From NCBI GenBank assembly GCA_965219345.1, contig OZ244732.1, forward strand, positions 256,001-320,000: a stretch of DNA of 64,000 bases, read 5' to 3'. This stretch comes from Nitrosopumilus sp. GTDB lineage: Archaea; Thermoproteota; Nitrososphaeria; Nitrososphaerales; Nitrosopumilaceae. A program made the position numbers and the translations under genes. Below the pieces are notes generated by a model. It ran no database searches. It saw nothing but the letters and a program-made list of their open reading frames with translations, and was not told where the DNA came from. Positions 50,072-60,961 of the stretch are shown one piece after another. The number at the start of each line of letters is the position of its first letter. The first letter of the stretch is position 1.

Positions 50072-51129
50072 AGTTCTTTAGATGACAGTTGTTCTTCTTT
50101 TACAAGTTTAAATCCCATATCCATTCCTCTAATCCAAAAAAGATCCTTTTCTAAAGGATTGTATTGAGAAAATTCAGGAAGAGTTTCTCCAAAAGCCATT
50201 TTGATGTAATAAAATGGCATATTAGATCCAGCAGTAGAAAAAAAGTTACTAGTTGTAAAAAATCTACCTGCATTTATTTCTGTTATACATGGAATACCTT
50301 CTTTGTTTTCTTTCAAATCAACACAGAAAACTCCAGTTGCATTTTCATCTAAAGATAAAACTGCTTTTGTTGCTATATCATTCACATCATCTCTATGAAC
50401 AGTACACGCTATTGATGGTGAAGAAGTTTGTCCACTGGGGGTTAGATAACCAAAAAGATATTCCACTCTTTCACGTGCTTGTGAGGTAAGTAATTTACCA
50501 TCTTTCCAAATACTTTGAAATGCAAATTCTTTTCCTGGGAGAAATTCACTTACCATGAATTGACCATATCCAATTCCATTCATACTGTTCCAATAATCTA
50601 TCCAAATCTTTCCATGTATTGTATTTTTTATTGGAAGGCTAGCTCTTGAACCAGCTCCCCTTATTGCTCTAAGCCAAACTTTTTCATTATTTTCTAATAA
50701 TTTATCAATCTGATTTGAAAGATTAGTCTCATTCTCTACAATATAAGATTCAGCAGTAGGGATTTGCTTGTTTCTAAGTTTATTTACTAGATCCATTTTA
50801 TTTTGGCAAATCTCTATTGTTTGCTTTGATGGAAGAAATAGCCGAGTCCTAACGTGTTCTCTGTTTCTTGATAAGAAAAGAACTTCAGGATCAGGTTGAG
50901 GATGAACTAAGTCTACCTTTTCTTTTTCAATTATTTCATTAAGTTTTTCCAAATATGTTGGTTCTGACACTGAAGGTAAAATATAGCGAACATCAGCATC
51001 GGCAAGTTCTAAATGAAATTTGTTCGTATCAGTTCCAATAATAAAAAATTCTTCATTAGTACCTCTTAGTGATGCTACAAAATTTGTGGCAGCAGCTCCT
51101 CCACAACCAGTTACAAGAATTTTTTTCAT
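50068..51129 (-). CDS. ATP-grasp domain protein
   Basis: ILVTGCGG, GAGSR, SEFLPG.E and EINAGRF motifs. Confidence 0.85.
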   Translation of the reverse strand: MKKILVTGCGGAAATNFVASLRGTNEEFFIIGTDTNKFHLELADADVRYILPSVSEPTYLEKLNEIIEKEKVDLVHPQPDPEVLFLSRNREHVRTRLFLPSKQTIEICQNKMDLVNKLRNKQIPTAESYIVENETNLSNQIDKLLENNEKVWLRAIRGAGSRASLPIKNTIHGKIWIDYWNSMNGIGYGQFMVSEFLPGKEFAFQSIWKDGKLLTSQARERVEYLFGYLTPSGQTSSPSIACTVHRDDVNDIATKAVLSLDENATGVFCVDLKENKEGIPCITEINAGRFFTTSNFFSTAGSNMPFYYIKMAFGETLPEFSQYNPLEKDLFWIRGMDMGFKLVKEEQLSSKEL

Positions 51130-51713
51130 TTATTTATCACTTCTTTAATATCTGCTAAATTTTTTATTATTTTCAAATTACCATTCCTTTCATTTTTGGT
51201 ACTAAAAAGTATATGTTGGCATCCTGCTTTTTTTGCACATTTCATATCATAAATTCCATCTCCTATAACAAGAATTTTTTCTGGATTAAGTTTAATTTTT
51301 TCTAATGTTCGTTGTATTTGTTCAAATCGATCGTAGCTTTCATCTCGTGTAAGAATATTTGAAAAAAGATCAGTGATACCAAATTTATTCAAAATTTCTA
51401 TTGCTACTTTTCTACATTGCATAGTTACTAAACATAACAAACAATTTTTTGCTTTTAAAAAACTCATAATATCGTTTACTCCCTGCATAGATTCTAAATT
51501 TTGTACTGCAATCATTTCTTGTTCACATATCATTTCAAAGGCTTTATCAATCTTAGATTTATCCCCATTCGCTTTGTCAATTATTGATGGAATTAATGGA
51601 GAGAAAGGTTCATCTATTTGAAAAATATTTTTTAATTTTTCTTGTATTGTTTTATAATCTGTAGGTAGATGTACTAAAGTTCCATCTAAATCAAATATAA
51701 CTCCTTTAATCAT
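51126..51713 (-). CDS. HAD-family hydrolase
   Basis: FDLDGTL and IGDGIYDMKCAKKAG motifs. Confidence 0.9.
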   Translation of the reverse strand: MIKGVIFDLDGTLVHLPTDYKTIQEKLKNIFQIDEPFSPLIPSIIDKANGDKSKIDKAFEMICEQEMIAVQNLESMQGVNDIMSFLKAKNCLLCLVTMQCRKVAIEILNKFGITDLFSNILTRDESYDRFEQIQRTLEKIKLNPEKILVIGDGIYDMKCAKKAGCQHILFSTKNERNGNLKIIKNLADIKEVINK

Positions 51714-52702
51714 ATTTTTACTCCCATTAAAAATGAGGTAATTACAGCAAGAATTCCAGAAAATATTACAAGTTTGAAAATGACCGAAGCAACTTGTTTT
51801 TCTGAGAGTGGTTGTCCGCTTACAATTAGCCTAACTAAACTGATTGGGGCTTTTTTATCAGTAGATGATTTTAGTTTAAAATCTTCAGTAAGTTCTACTG
51901 GTTTTATCTTTATTTCTCTGTGCTCTACAATTTTTTTCATACTTGATAAAAACAAAAATGAATTAATTATTGCAGGCAATAGTGCTATGGCTGCAATTAT
52001 TTCTACTTGACCTACAATCGCAATAGCTCCATACATTGCCCCCCAAGCCAATGCGCCAGAATCTCCAGGGAATATTTTGCTTGGAATCTTGTGGTATTTG
52101 TAAAATGCCAATGAAACAAAACCTAACGGTAGACTGATGATTGCTATCTCGTAATTTTGTAAGATGAACAATGCGATACTCAATGAAAAACTGGCAATTA
52201 TCATAAATCCACTTGCAACTCCGTTTAGGACATCAATTGAATTGATAGTGTTTCCAGTAATTACAATCATGAAGATAATTATTATAAGATAAAGTATTGG
52301 AATATGTACTTCTCCAAATAATGGAAATGCAAGATCTGAATCATATACCCCCAAGAAGATTATTGGTGTTGCAGCAATAGCTAGTGCAACTGGTTTGAAC
52401 CATCCACCCACAACCTTTCTATCATCTACATAACCAATTGCAAATGCAAGAAAAGTAGTAATCATTACAGCTAAAATTTCATTCATTTGCAAAAATGCAT
52501 ACAATATTATTTCAGATACAATAATTCCGGCAATAATTGATATGCCACCTGGTCTTGCAATCATTACATCACCTTTCTTGAGTATATCCTTTACTGTATA
52601 ATTCCGTTTTTCTAGAAATGTAATCAAGTGAGGGGTCATTAGAAATACGACAAAAAATGCAACTGTACAAGAAGCTAATGCTGGAAGTATTAATTCAATC
52701 AA
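51710..52702 (-). CDS. MraY/GPT-family polyprenyl-phosphate HexNAc-1-P transferase
   Basis: GYVDD, NTINSIDVLNG and IFPGDSG motifs; many TM helices. Confidence 0.9.
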   Translation of the reverse strand: MIELILPALASCTVAFFVVFLMTPHLITFLEKRNYTVKDILKKGDVMIARPGGISIIAGIIVSEIILYAFLQMNEILAVMITTFLAFAIGYVDDRKVVGGWFKPVALAIAATPIIFLGVYDSDLAFPLFGEVHIPILYLIIIIFMIVITGNTINSIDVLNGVASGFMIIASFSLSIALFILQNYEIAIISLPLGFVSLAFYKYHKIPSKIFPGDSGALAWGAMYGAIAIVGQVEIIAAIALLPAIINSFLFLSSMKKIVEHREIKIKPVELTEDFKLKSSTDKKAPISLVRLIVSGQPLSEKQVASVIFKLVIFSGILAVITSFLMGVKI

Positions 52703-54828
52703 TTATCTAACCTTCGTAATTCAGACTTTATGTTATCTGCAAGGGTTGAACCAATTTTATCTATTTCTGCTAATTTATTCACTGGAATCTTTGCCAAATC
52801 ATCCAGATTCTTAATTCTGTGTTTGTATAGGATTCTCGCTCTAACTCTACCTATGCCCTTTACTTTGACTAGTTCAAGTAATTCCTCTCGAATCCCATAA
52901 ACAATTCTTTTTCTTATATTACCAAGTTCCTCAAGCAAATCTGCCCTCTCAACATGTTTGGAAATTTCTCTGAGACAATATGAAAGCCAATTTGCTGTTT
53001 CTGCCATCCTATGCATGTCTCCTGACTCTATTCCAAGGCTATCAGATAGGGACAATTCTGAAGATTCTGTAATCCATGCATGTAAAGCCAAAAGACTTCT
53101 TGAGCAGTCATATTCTGAAATTGGTTCAAGCAACTCTGAAGAATTATTTTCTATCAAAATACTAGCAGATTCATAATCCTTTTTTCGAAGTGAGAATTTG
53201 GGGAAAAATTCCTCACAATTTGAGATCAAATGCAAGAATCCAAATGTATGTTTTCTGTCTTGGGATACGTTTTCAAGAGCATCTCTAAAGTATGTTGCAG
53301 TTAAGGGATCAATATACAACATTGATGTCTTTTTACCAAATTTTGTAGCATTGAATCTTTCACCTTTTTTGATTATCAAATATTCACTGGAAAGAAAGCG
53401 TAAAGAAATATCAATTGCAAATTTAATTGTAGGTTTTCTTGATTGTAGTCCCCCTAATGTTTGCAAGAAAAATTCCAAGATCTCATCTTTTTTGATTCCT
53501 GGACGTGTAACTATCACACTAAGTATATGAGTACGTAAAGATTTGTCATCAGTAATTTTCGAAATTATTGGTTCTGGTTCTCCATTAATGTAATAATCAA
53601 TTAGATCTTCTGTGTTTCCATTTCCAACAATTATTGCTTCTCCATAATTATCATATTGAGGTCTTCCAGCTCTACCACAAAGTTGTTTGTATTCTAAGAT
53701 ACTAATTGGTCTATTTGCACCAACTTTTGCGTTATACCTAGTAATGTTTGAAATTACAACTCTTCTTGCTGGAAGATTAACTCCTGCAGCTAAGGTTGGT
53801 GTGGATGACAATAGCTTGATAGTTCCTTTACGAAATTCTGCCTCTATTGTTTGTCTGCAATTTTGGTTTAATCCTGCATGATGAAATGCAACTCCTTTTT
53901 TTACAAGAAATGCTAATGTCTTAATTAATTCTGTATGTTCATTTTCTGATAGAATTTTTTTTGAGGTTTTTTCTAATTCCATCAAATCTTTTTTTTCTAA
54001 AATTTGAGAGATGATATCTGCTGCTTTTGTTGCAAGTGACTTGGAACGATTTCTGGTCTCTGCAAATACTAGAGATTGGCCTCCTTCTTTCACTGATTGT
54101 ACGCCTAAATCAATTGGAGTTCCACATATACTACGCTCAACTGAAAAGACTTTGCCATCATTCATAGTAACTTCTCCTGCATCACATACTCCTTCTGATA
54201 GAGGTACTGGCCTCCAGTCATTTTTTACTAGTTTGCAGTTAAGCCAATCTGCAATCTCATTAGAATTTGTAATAGTAGCACTAAGACCTACAATCTGTGG
54301 ATTTGTCTCCAATAATTTTAGCTGTGTAAGAATCATCTCAAGTGTTGGACCTCTATTTTCATCTCCAATCAAATGAACTTCATCGGCAATTACAAGTCCA
54401 ATCTCTTCAACCCACTTAGCACCATATCTGATAATAGAATCCATTTTTTCATTTGTTAAAATTAACACATTACTTTTTTCTAAATTCTTTCCAATGTTTT
54501 CATAGTCTCCAGTAGATATACTAACATTGGTATTATTTCCTAGTTCAACTTTTTCTAATTTTTTAAATTCAAAGAATTTCTCAGCAGCTAATGCACGTAA
54601 AGGACTAAGATAAATCACCTTACCTTTATTTTTGGAAAGATAGCTAATCATTGCAAGCATTGCAATCAGAGTCTTTCCACTCGCAGTTGGTGCAGATACC
54701 AGAATACTTTTTCCATCTAGTAATCCAGACTCTACACTATCAGCTTGTGGCGGATATAATTTTTCATATCCTTGTGATTTTAAAAATTCAATTGCAGTAT
54801 CAGAAAGGTCTAGTTTCTCTATTTTCAT
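52699..54828 (-). CDS. hel308: Hel308 (Ski2-like) helicase
   Basis: LYPPQ, APTASGKT, DEVH, FHHAGL, GVNLPA and GRAGRP motifs; C-terminal HhH. Confidence 0.93.
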   Translation of the reverse strand: MKIEKLDLSDTAIEFLKSQGYEKLYPPQADSVESGLLDGKSILVSAPTASGKTLIAMLAMISYLSKNKGKVIYLSPLRALAAEKFFEFKKLEKVELGNNTNVSISTGDYENIGKNLEKSNVLILTNEKMDSIIRYGAKWVEEIGLVIADEVHLIGDENRGPTLEMILTQLKLLETNPQIVGLSATITNSNEIADWLNCKLVKNDWRPVPLSEGVCDAGEVTMNDGKVFSVERSICGTPIDLGVQSVKEGGQSLVFAETRNRSKSLATKAADIISQILEKKDLMELEKTSKKILSENEHTELIKTLAFLVKKGVAFHHAGLNQNCRQTIEAEFRKGTIKLLSSTPTLAAGVNLPARRVVISNITRYNAKVGANRPISILEYKQLCGRAGRPQYDNYGEAIIVGNGNTEDLIDYYINGEPEPIISKITDDKSLRTHILSVIVTRPGIKKDEILEFFLQTLGGLQSRKPTIKFAIDISLRFLSSEYLIIKKGERFNATKFGKKTSMLYIDPLTATYFRDALENVSQDRKHTFGFLHLISNCEEFFPKFSLRKKDYESASILIENNSSELLEPISEYDCSRSLLALHAWITESSELSLSDSLGIESGDMHRMAETANWLSYCLREISKHVERADLLEELGNIRKRIVYGIREELLELVKVKGIGRVRARILYKHRIKNLDDLAKIPVNKLAEIDKIGSTLADNIKSELRRLDN

Positions 54829-56912
54829 ACTCGGTTATAATGACCGGGTTTTGATTCATAAATAGATGCTTCTCTAAGCATTCTTCGGATATAGTCTCTT
54901 GCCTCATCTTGAGTGAATTTATCACTCTTTTCAAGTTCCTGAACAAACGTCTTTTCTTCTACTGGCACCTTGTTATCACCCTCAAGACCTCTGAGAATAT
55001 CCATGAATAATTGCATCTTTGAAACCTCACTTCTTGGTTTTCCTTGTAATACTCCAAGATCTACCTTTCCAGTATTGACATCTACTCCTGCATCCTCAAG
55101 CATACTCTGAAGCAAAAAGATTGCACGTTCAGCATCTTCCAGTTCTACCTCGTCTTTCATAAGTAATCTTGCTCTTGCCGTGGAGAGTCTGATAATTCCT
55201 TCTAGTTGTCTGGGTGTAACTGTAATCATCTCCTCAGACTCTACGTTTCTCATCTGGAGATAATATTCAAGGATCTTTTCTTCAGCCTCTTTTGTCAAGA
55301 TAGGAGAAGAACGTTTTGCATATGAAAGATATTTTGTTAGTAAATCAACATCAATTACAGAACGTTGGTCTGTTCCTTGTGGAGTATGCAATTCAATAAT
55401 ATGTCTAGCAATCTTTTCATCTTTCTCTTTACTTGGAATGTCTCTTACAACAAAAATCAAGTCAAATCTTGTAAGTAATGGAATTGGTAAGTTTACATTT
55501 TCTGTAATATTTTTGAAAGGATCATATTTTCCATACATGGGGTTTGCTGCAGCTAAAATTGAGGTTCTAGCATTTAGTGTAGCTACAATACCACCTTTTG
55601 CAATACTAGCGGATTGTTGTTCCATAACTTCGTGTAAAGCACTTCTGTCTTCTGGTTTCATCTTGTCAAATTCATCTATACATACAAGACCCTGGTCACC
55701 AAGTACAACTGCACCTGCTTCAAGCATCATAATTCCAGTTTTGTCTTTAACTATTGCAGCTGTAAGTCCTGCAGCAGTTGAACCTCTACCAGAAGTATAC
55801 AAACCTCGTGGTGCAATTCTTGAACAAAATTTCAGCATCTCACTTTTTGCAGTACCAGGATCTCCAACTAGAAAAACGTTGATGTCTCCTCTAATCTTAC
55901 TTCCATCACCTAATTGTCGTTGGTTGGCACCTACAATAAGTAACATAATAGCTTCTTTGATTACTGAATGTCCTTGAATGTGGGGAGCAAAGGAGTCAAT
56001 TAGTCTTTGATACACATCAGGACTTTGACTTAATGTTTTGATCATTTCTTCTTCCTCGGGAGAAACTTCGTCTTTTGCTATTTTACGAGATAATTTAGAA
56101 CCATGTCCGCCCAAAAATTCAATATTATTTCCTTCAATTCTTAATCGGTATAATCCACTATGACCTCTCTGAACGCCTGAAACTGATTCTTGTTCTATTC
56201 TTACTATACCTGTAAGGATTATTCTATCACCAGGCCTAGCATTATCTACCAAATCCTGCCTAATTGTGACATCAATATAGTGAGGAAGTTGTCCTGGTGG
56301 CAAATCCTCAGGAAGTTCCTGTAATCGAAGAAGCTGAAAATCAATAAACTTACTTGCTTCAGGTTTTAGATCAAAATCTCTATGTTTACAATTTGGGTTA
56401 TCACATATTACAGGCATCTTTACATCCATTCCTTTAAGCTGAATTACTTTGGTAGGATGATCGTCTGGACAAACAAAGACCAGTTCTTTTGCAAGAGGTT
56501 TTACCTCTGATGCCCTAACTACCATTCCTGAAACACTTGTAATTATTCCAATGGTTTCAGCATTGATTTGTCTAAGGCTTCTCTGAAGTGGATAATTAAC
56601 TAGTCTAACACGAACTTCATCTTTGATTTTTTCAGCATAATCTGTAAATCTTGTTTGTAGTGCTTCTTTGATTGCTCTGGAGAATGCATCAAAGATTCTA
56701 TCAGGGCTTTGAGAAAATAAGTTTCCAAGTTCTGGTTCAAAAACTAAATCATTGTAATCAACGACAATATATTTTGCATTTTTAGCCATCATCTCATCAA
56801 TTGCCTCTACGTACTTGTAATGACCAGATTTGTCTTTGAATCTAGTAAGGAACTCTTTTACTTTATCTGATAATGCAGAATCTGTAAATGTACTAGTTTG
56901 AGCGTTACTCAT
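54825..56912 (-). CDS. mcm: MCM replicative helicase (no intein)
   Basis: GDPGTAKS, IDEFDKM, LLTRFD and TPRQLE motifs. Confidence 0.97.
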   Translation of the reverse strand: MSNAQTSTFTDSALSDKVKEFLTRFKDKSGHYKYVEAIDEMMAKNAKYIVVDYNDLVFEPELGNLFSQSPDRIFDAFSRAIKEALQTRFTDYAEKIKDEVRVRLVNYPLQRSLRQINAETIGIITSVSGMVVRASEVKPLAKELVFVCPDDHPTKVIQLKGMDVKMPVICDNPNCKHRDFDLKPEASKFIDFQLLRLQELPEDLPPGQLPHYIDVTIRQDLVDNARPGDRIILTGIVRIEQESVSGVQRGHSGLYRLRIEGNNIEFLGGHGSKLSRKIAKDEVSPEEEEMIKTLSQSPDVYQRLIDSFAPHIQGHSVIKEAIMLLIVGANQRQLGDGSKIRGDINVFLVGDPGTAKSEMLKFCSRIAPRGLYTSGRGSTAAGLTAAIVKDKTGIMMLEAGAVVLGDQGLVCIDEFDKMKPEDRSALHEVMEQQSASIAKGGIVATLNARTSILAAANPMYGKYDPFKNITENVNLPIPLLTRFDLIFVVRDIPSKEKDEKIARHIIELHTPQGTDQRSVIDVDLLTKYLSYAKRSSPILTKEAEEKILEYYLQMRNVESEEMITVTPRQLEGIIRLSTARARLLMKDEVELEDAERAIFLLQSMLEDAGVDVNTGKVDLGVLQGKPRSEVSKMQLFMDILRGLEGDNKVPVEEKTFVQELEKSDKFTQDEARDYIRRMLREASIYESKPGHYNRV

Positions 56913-57423
56913 TTAGATCTCCTCTTATTTGTTTTTCAAACTCTACACTATTTTCATGGATAGTTTTATAGAAGATATTTTCTTCAACAGTTAATTTGTT
57001 TTTGAGTTCAGAATTTAGTTTAATAGAATCTGCTATCTTTACTAGTTTACCTCTTCTCATTCTAAATAATTCTAACATCATACTTTCAACTTTATCAAAA
57101 TCATCACGATTCAATTGTTTCATAGATTCTTTTAGTTTAATGTAAAAGTGAGGATCTAATGTAGAGAGTTGATATTCACCAACCATCTTTTCTTTTGATA
57201 ACGCTTGTTTTAGCTCAGTAATCATATCTGGGGAATCTAATGACGCCAGCTTGTTGTCAGTTAGTATCTTTCCAATCCACTGAGGCATGTTAATCACCTC
57301 ACCTGAAGTTCCTTCAGTCTTTATTCCTGCAACATTAAATTTGAAATCACGATTAACTGTAACCTTAGTATCCTTTAGGCGATGTCCAACTGAATGTACT
57401 TTTTCTATCTTATCTATTTCCAT
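56905..57423 (-). CDS. GINS complex subunit (Gins23-like)
   Basis: MPQW, LDPHFY and RRGKLV motifs; immediately upstream of and overlapping mcm. Confidence 0.82.
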   Translation of the reverse strand: MEIDKIEKVHSVGHRLKDTKVTVNRDFKFNVAGIKTEGTSGEVINMPQWIGKILTDNKLASLDSPDMITELKQALSKEKMVGEYQLSTLDPHFYIKLKESMKQLNRDDFDKVESMMLELFRMRRGKLVKIADSIKLNSELKNKLTVEENIFYKTIHENSVEFEKQIRGDLNE

Positions 57424-57428
57424 GGTGA

Positions 57429-57525
57429 GATCTGATCCTCCGACAAATCCTTGAAGAATTGGGATCGATCAATTCTTTTTACTATTTGGTGAGATCAATT
57501 GATCCTAATTAATCTCAGGCTGATC
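57429..57525. promoter_or_regulatory. GATC cluster with repeats in the GINS/RFC divergent intergenic region
   Basis: Seven GATC sites in 97 bp, plus direct and inverted repeats. Confidence 0.55.
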
Positions 57526-57616
57526 GCACAAAAAATACGGCTGGTCATGATTTTAATTTATGGTATGTCACAATAACCAATTCGGACTTATTAATGGGAA
57601 TTGAACCTAAAGTTTT

Positions 57617-58567
57617 ATGATTGTAACTGGTATGTGGGTAGAGAAATATCGACCAACAAAACTTACAGAAATTATTAATCAGACAGAAATTATTGGTAGT
57701 CTGAAAGCCCTAATTAAAGATCCAACAGATATGCCTCACTTGCTCTTTTCTGGTTCTGCAGGAGTTGGCAAAACCACTACTGCATTATGTCTTTCAAGAC
57801 AAATTTTGGGAGACTATGCTAAAGACTACACACTTGAGCTAAATGCATCAGATGAAAGAGGAATTGGGATGGTTAGAGAAAAAGTAAAGAAATTTTCAAG
57901 ATTTGCAGGAATGGTAGATGTTCCATTCAAGATTATAATTTTAGATGAAGCAGATGAAATGACTTCGGATGCTCAAACTGCGCTTAGAAGGATTATTGAA
58001 GATGCGGCAAAAATTTGTAGGTTTATTCTTATTGCAAATAATGTGTCCAAAATAATAGAACCTATTCAAAGTAGATGTGCATCTTTCAAGTTCACATCAG
58101 TTTCTGAGGATGATGTCATAGTTAGATTAGAAGATATTGCCAAAAAAGAGAAAGTAAAGACAGATAAAAAGGGTCTAAAGGCAGTTTATGAATATACAGA
58201 AGGGGATTTGAGACATGCAATTAACCTAATGCAAGCAACTGCAAGTCTTGGTGGAATCACCGAACAGAATGTAAAGGTATCGGCTGGACTAACAAAAACA
58301 AGTGATGTTGATGAGATTCTAAACATTGCACTATCTGGAAAAGTTGTTGAAGCAAGAGATAAGATGATAGAATTGATCAAAGTTTATGGAATGTCAGAAT
58401 CTGATTTCCTAAAGTATCTCAATTCAGCTGTTTTCAAATCAAAACATGACAATCTATCAGAGATTTTACAAGTAATTGCAAAGTATGATTATAGAATTTT
58501 AGTTGGAGCAAATTCTGAAATTCAGCTATCTGCAATGCTTGCAGAGCTTGCAAAATTAGAAAACTAG
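57617..58567 (+). CDS. rfcS: Replication factor C small subunit
   Basis: WVEKYRP, GVGKTT, LNASDERG, LDEAD, QSRC and GDLR motifs. Confidence 0.96.
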   Translation: MIVTGMWVEKYRPTKLTEIINQTEIIGSLKALIKDPTDMPHLLFSGSAGVGKTTTALCLSRQILGDYAKDYTLELNASDERGIGMVREKVKKFSRFAGMVDVPFKIIILDEADEMTSDAQTALRRIIEDAAKICRFILIANNVSKIIEPIQSRCASFKFTSVSEDDVIVRLEDIAKKEKVKTDKKGLKAVYEYTEGDLRHAINLMQATASLGGITEQNVKVSAGLTKTSDVDEILNIALSGKVVEARDKMIELIKVYGMSESDFLKYLNSAVFKSKHDNLSEILQVIAKYDYRILVGANSEIQLSAMLAELAKLEN

Positions 58568-58568
58568 T

Positions 58569-59477
58569 TCAGAAAGCATCTAAAGACTTTAGACTTTTAC
58601 ATCTGTTTCTGATTGTTACCTCAGTAACACCTGCAGCCACAGCAATTGTTTTTTGGGTTATATTCTCGCCAGTTTCCATACTTGAAAGATATAGTGCAGA
58701 TGCTGCCATTCCCATTGGATCTTTTCCAGATACAATTTGTTTTTCTTCAGCTTTTTTGAGAAGTTTTATTGCAAGACGTTTAGTTTTTTCTGATAGACCT
58801 ATCTGACTTGCAATTCTTGCAATGCACTGAACAGAATCCACTACAGGCATCTTCAAGTCTAATTCTTTTACTAACATCCTGTAACAAATTGCAAGGTTTT
58901 TTCTCGTAATGTTAATTGTACTTGAAACATCATTAAGAGTTCGTGGAGTGCCAGATTCACGACAAGCAGCATAAAGTGTTGCAGCTATTAATCCTTGGAT
59001 TGATCTTCCCCTAACAAGTTTTTTTTCCAAAGCTTTTCTGTAAATGTAAGCTGCTTTTTCAACTATGGCATCTGACAGGGATAATTTCTCTTTCATTTTG
59101 AGTAATTCACCAAGTGCAACTTGGAGATTTCTATCAGCAGAATCTTTAGTGCGACTTCGACTATCCCAAATTCTTAATCGCTTAATGGATGATTTCATGG
59201 ATGTAGATAATGGATTTCCAGAAGAATCTTTGTTAATTGGATTGATTATTGTACTTAGACCCTGATCATGTCTAGTTAGTGAAGTTCTATCTCCAGTTCT
59301 TGATTTGTTTGTGTTACTGTCTGAGAATGTTCTTTCTGGTCCGTGATTTTCTACTCTATCAGTAATTACAAAGCCGCACTTGCCACAAAACATTTCACCT
59401 GTTTCTTCATCAGTGATTATTTTGCTTTTACCACATCTAGGACAACTTTGTTTTTTTGATAGTTGTTGCTGTGCCAT
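58569..59477 (-). CDS. tfb: Transcription initiation factor IIB paralogue
   Basis: Zn ribbon CPRC..CGKCG; RGRS, GKDP and GVTEVTIRNR motifs. Confidence 0.95.
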   Translation of the reverse strand: MAQQQLSKKQSCPRCGKSKIITDEETGEMFCGKCGFVITDRVENHGPERTFSDSNTNKSRTGDRTSLTRHDQGLSTIINPINKDSSGNPLSTSMKSSIKRLRIWDSRSRTKDSADRNLQVALGELLKMKEKLSLSDAIVEKAAYIYRKALEKKLVRGRSIQGLIAATLYAACRESGTPRTLNDVSSTINITRKNLAICYRMLVKELDLKMPVVDSVQCIARIASQIGLSEKTKRLAIKLLKKAEEKQIVSGKDPMGMAASALYLSSMETGENITQKTIAVAAGVTEVTIRNRCKSLKSLDAF

Positions 59478-59551
59478 TGTTATCTTGTTGTATGTAATGT
59501 CTAATAAATCGTCAAAATCCGTGCATTATGAGTCATTATTAAAAATAGAAA

Positions 59552-59635
59552 CGCAGAGAGAGGGATTTGAACCCCCGTATGCTTACGCACACAGGCTCTC
59601 AAGGCCCGCGCCCTACCGAGCTAGGCGACCTCTGC
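59552..59635 (-). tRNA. tRNA-Ser(TGA)
   Basis: CGGGC CTTGAGA GCCTG anticodon arm, long variable arm, G discriminator. Confidence 0.9.
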
Positions 59636-59708
59636 AAAAAATAGTGCAGAAAAGTAATTAAAATCTGTTGAGGTAAAATAGAAAAATAAGAAAAAAGAAA
59701 AAGTTTTC

Positions 59709-60254
59709 TCAATGGCCTGAGTGAGGTCCACCGCCGCCAGTCATTTTCACATATGTACCGTCTGCTTTCTCGTGCCACTCCAGATTAGCTGCTTCGATTA
59801 AAATAGCTCCTTGAGGACAAATTTCTTGACATGCCATACAAATCGTACAATCGTGTTCTCTGATTGGCTGTGATTTATCTGAAGCATCTAATCTTTCATT
59901 TGCTTCTGTAAGACCAGTACCTTCAAAGGTTGCATTAAGACAGTCTACTGCTGGAATATCTTTTTCAGTTCTGTACCATTGAAATGTTTGGACAGGACAT
60001 ACACCAAAGCATTCACCTGCTGCAATACATGAATCCCAATCAACTGCGACAGTTGTTCCATGAATTCCTAGAGGAACCATTTCTTCTCCATGTTCTGCAT
60101 AAGCTGCTTTAACATCGTCATTTGAGAATGCTTTTCCGTTTGGATCTCCTTTACCCCAGATAAAGTGCTTATTCTCACCATCTGAATGGCTGGTTTTTCC
60201 TACCGGCTTTACGTCATTGTGACAAAAGTCTTCAGGTATAACTAAATCTACCAT
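59709..60254 (-). CDS. 4Fe-4S dicluster ferredoxin with an N-terminal extension
   Basis: CIAAGECFGVCP and CTICMACQEICP motifs. Confidence 0.92.
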   Translation of the reverse strand: MVDLVIPEDFCHNDVKPVGKTSHSDGENKHFIWGKGDPNGKAFSNDDVKAAYAEHGEEMVPLGIHGTTVAVDWDSCIAAGECFGVCPVQTFQWYRTEKDIPAVDCLNATFEGTGLTEANERLDASDKSQPIREHDCTICMACQEICPQGAILIEAANLEWHEKADGTYVKMTGGGGPHSGH

Positions 60255-60270
60255 ACTAAGATAATTTTAG

Positions 60271-60290
60271 GATATTATTTAAAGCTAGAC
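60271..60290 (-). promoter_or_regulatory. Ferredoxin promoter, copy 1
   Basis: GTCTAGCTTTAAATAATATC; identical to 60855-60874. Confidence 0.75.
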
Positions 60291-60327
60291 AAAATTAGTT
60301 GCGACTAAATTTTAGAATTATCAATCT

Positions 60328-60846
<519 letters not shown>

Positions 60847-60854
60847 TCAATTTA

Positions 60855-60874
60855 GATATTATTTAAAGCTAGAC
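60855..60874 (-). promoter_or_regulatory. Ferredoxin promoter, copy 2
   Basis: Same 20-mer at nearly the same distance from the ATG. Confidence 0.75.
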
Positions 60875-60961
60875 TAGAACCAAAAGGAATTATCAGTCAT
60901 AGATCAATTGCGAAGAAAGATTTCCTTACGTTCATAACGATCTACGATCAATCTTGGAAAG

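Noticed and set aside
54825-56912. Intein in MCM
   Set aside because: The 695-aa length and continuous motifs leave no room for an insertion.
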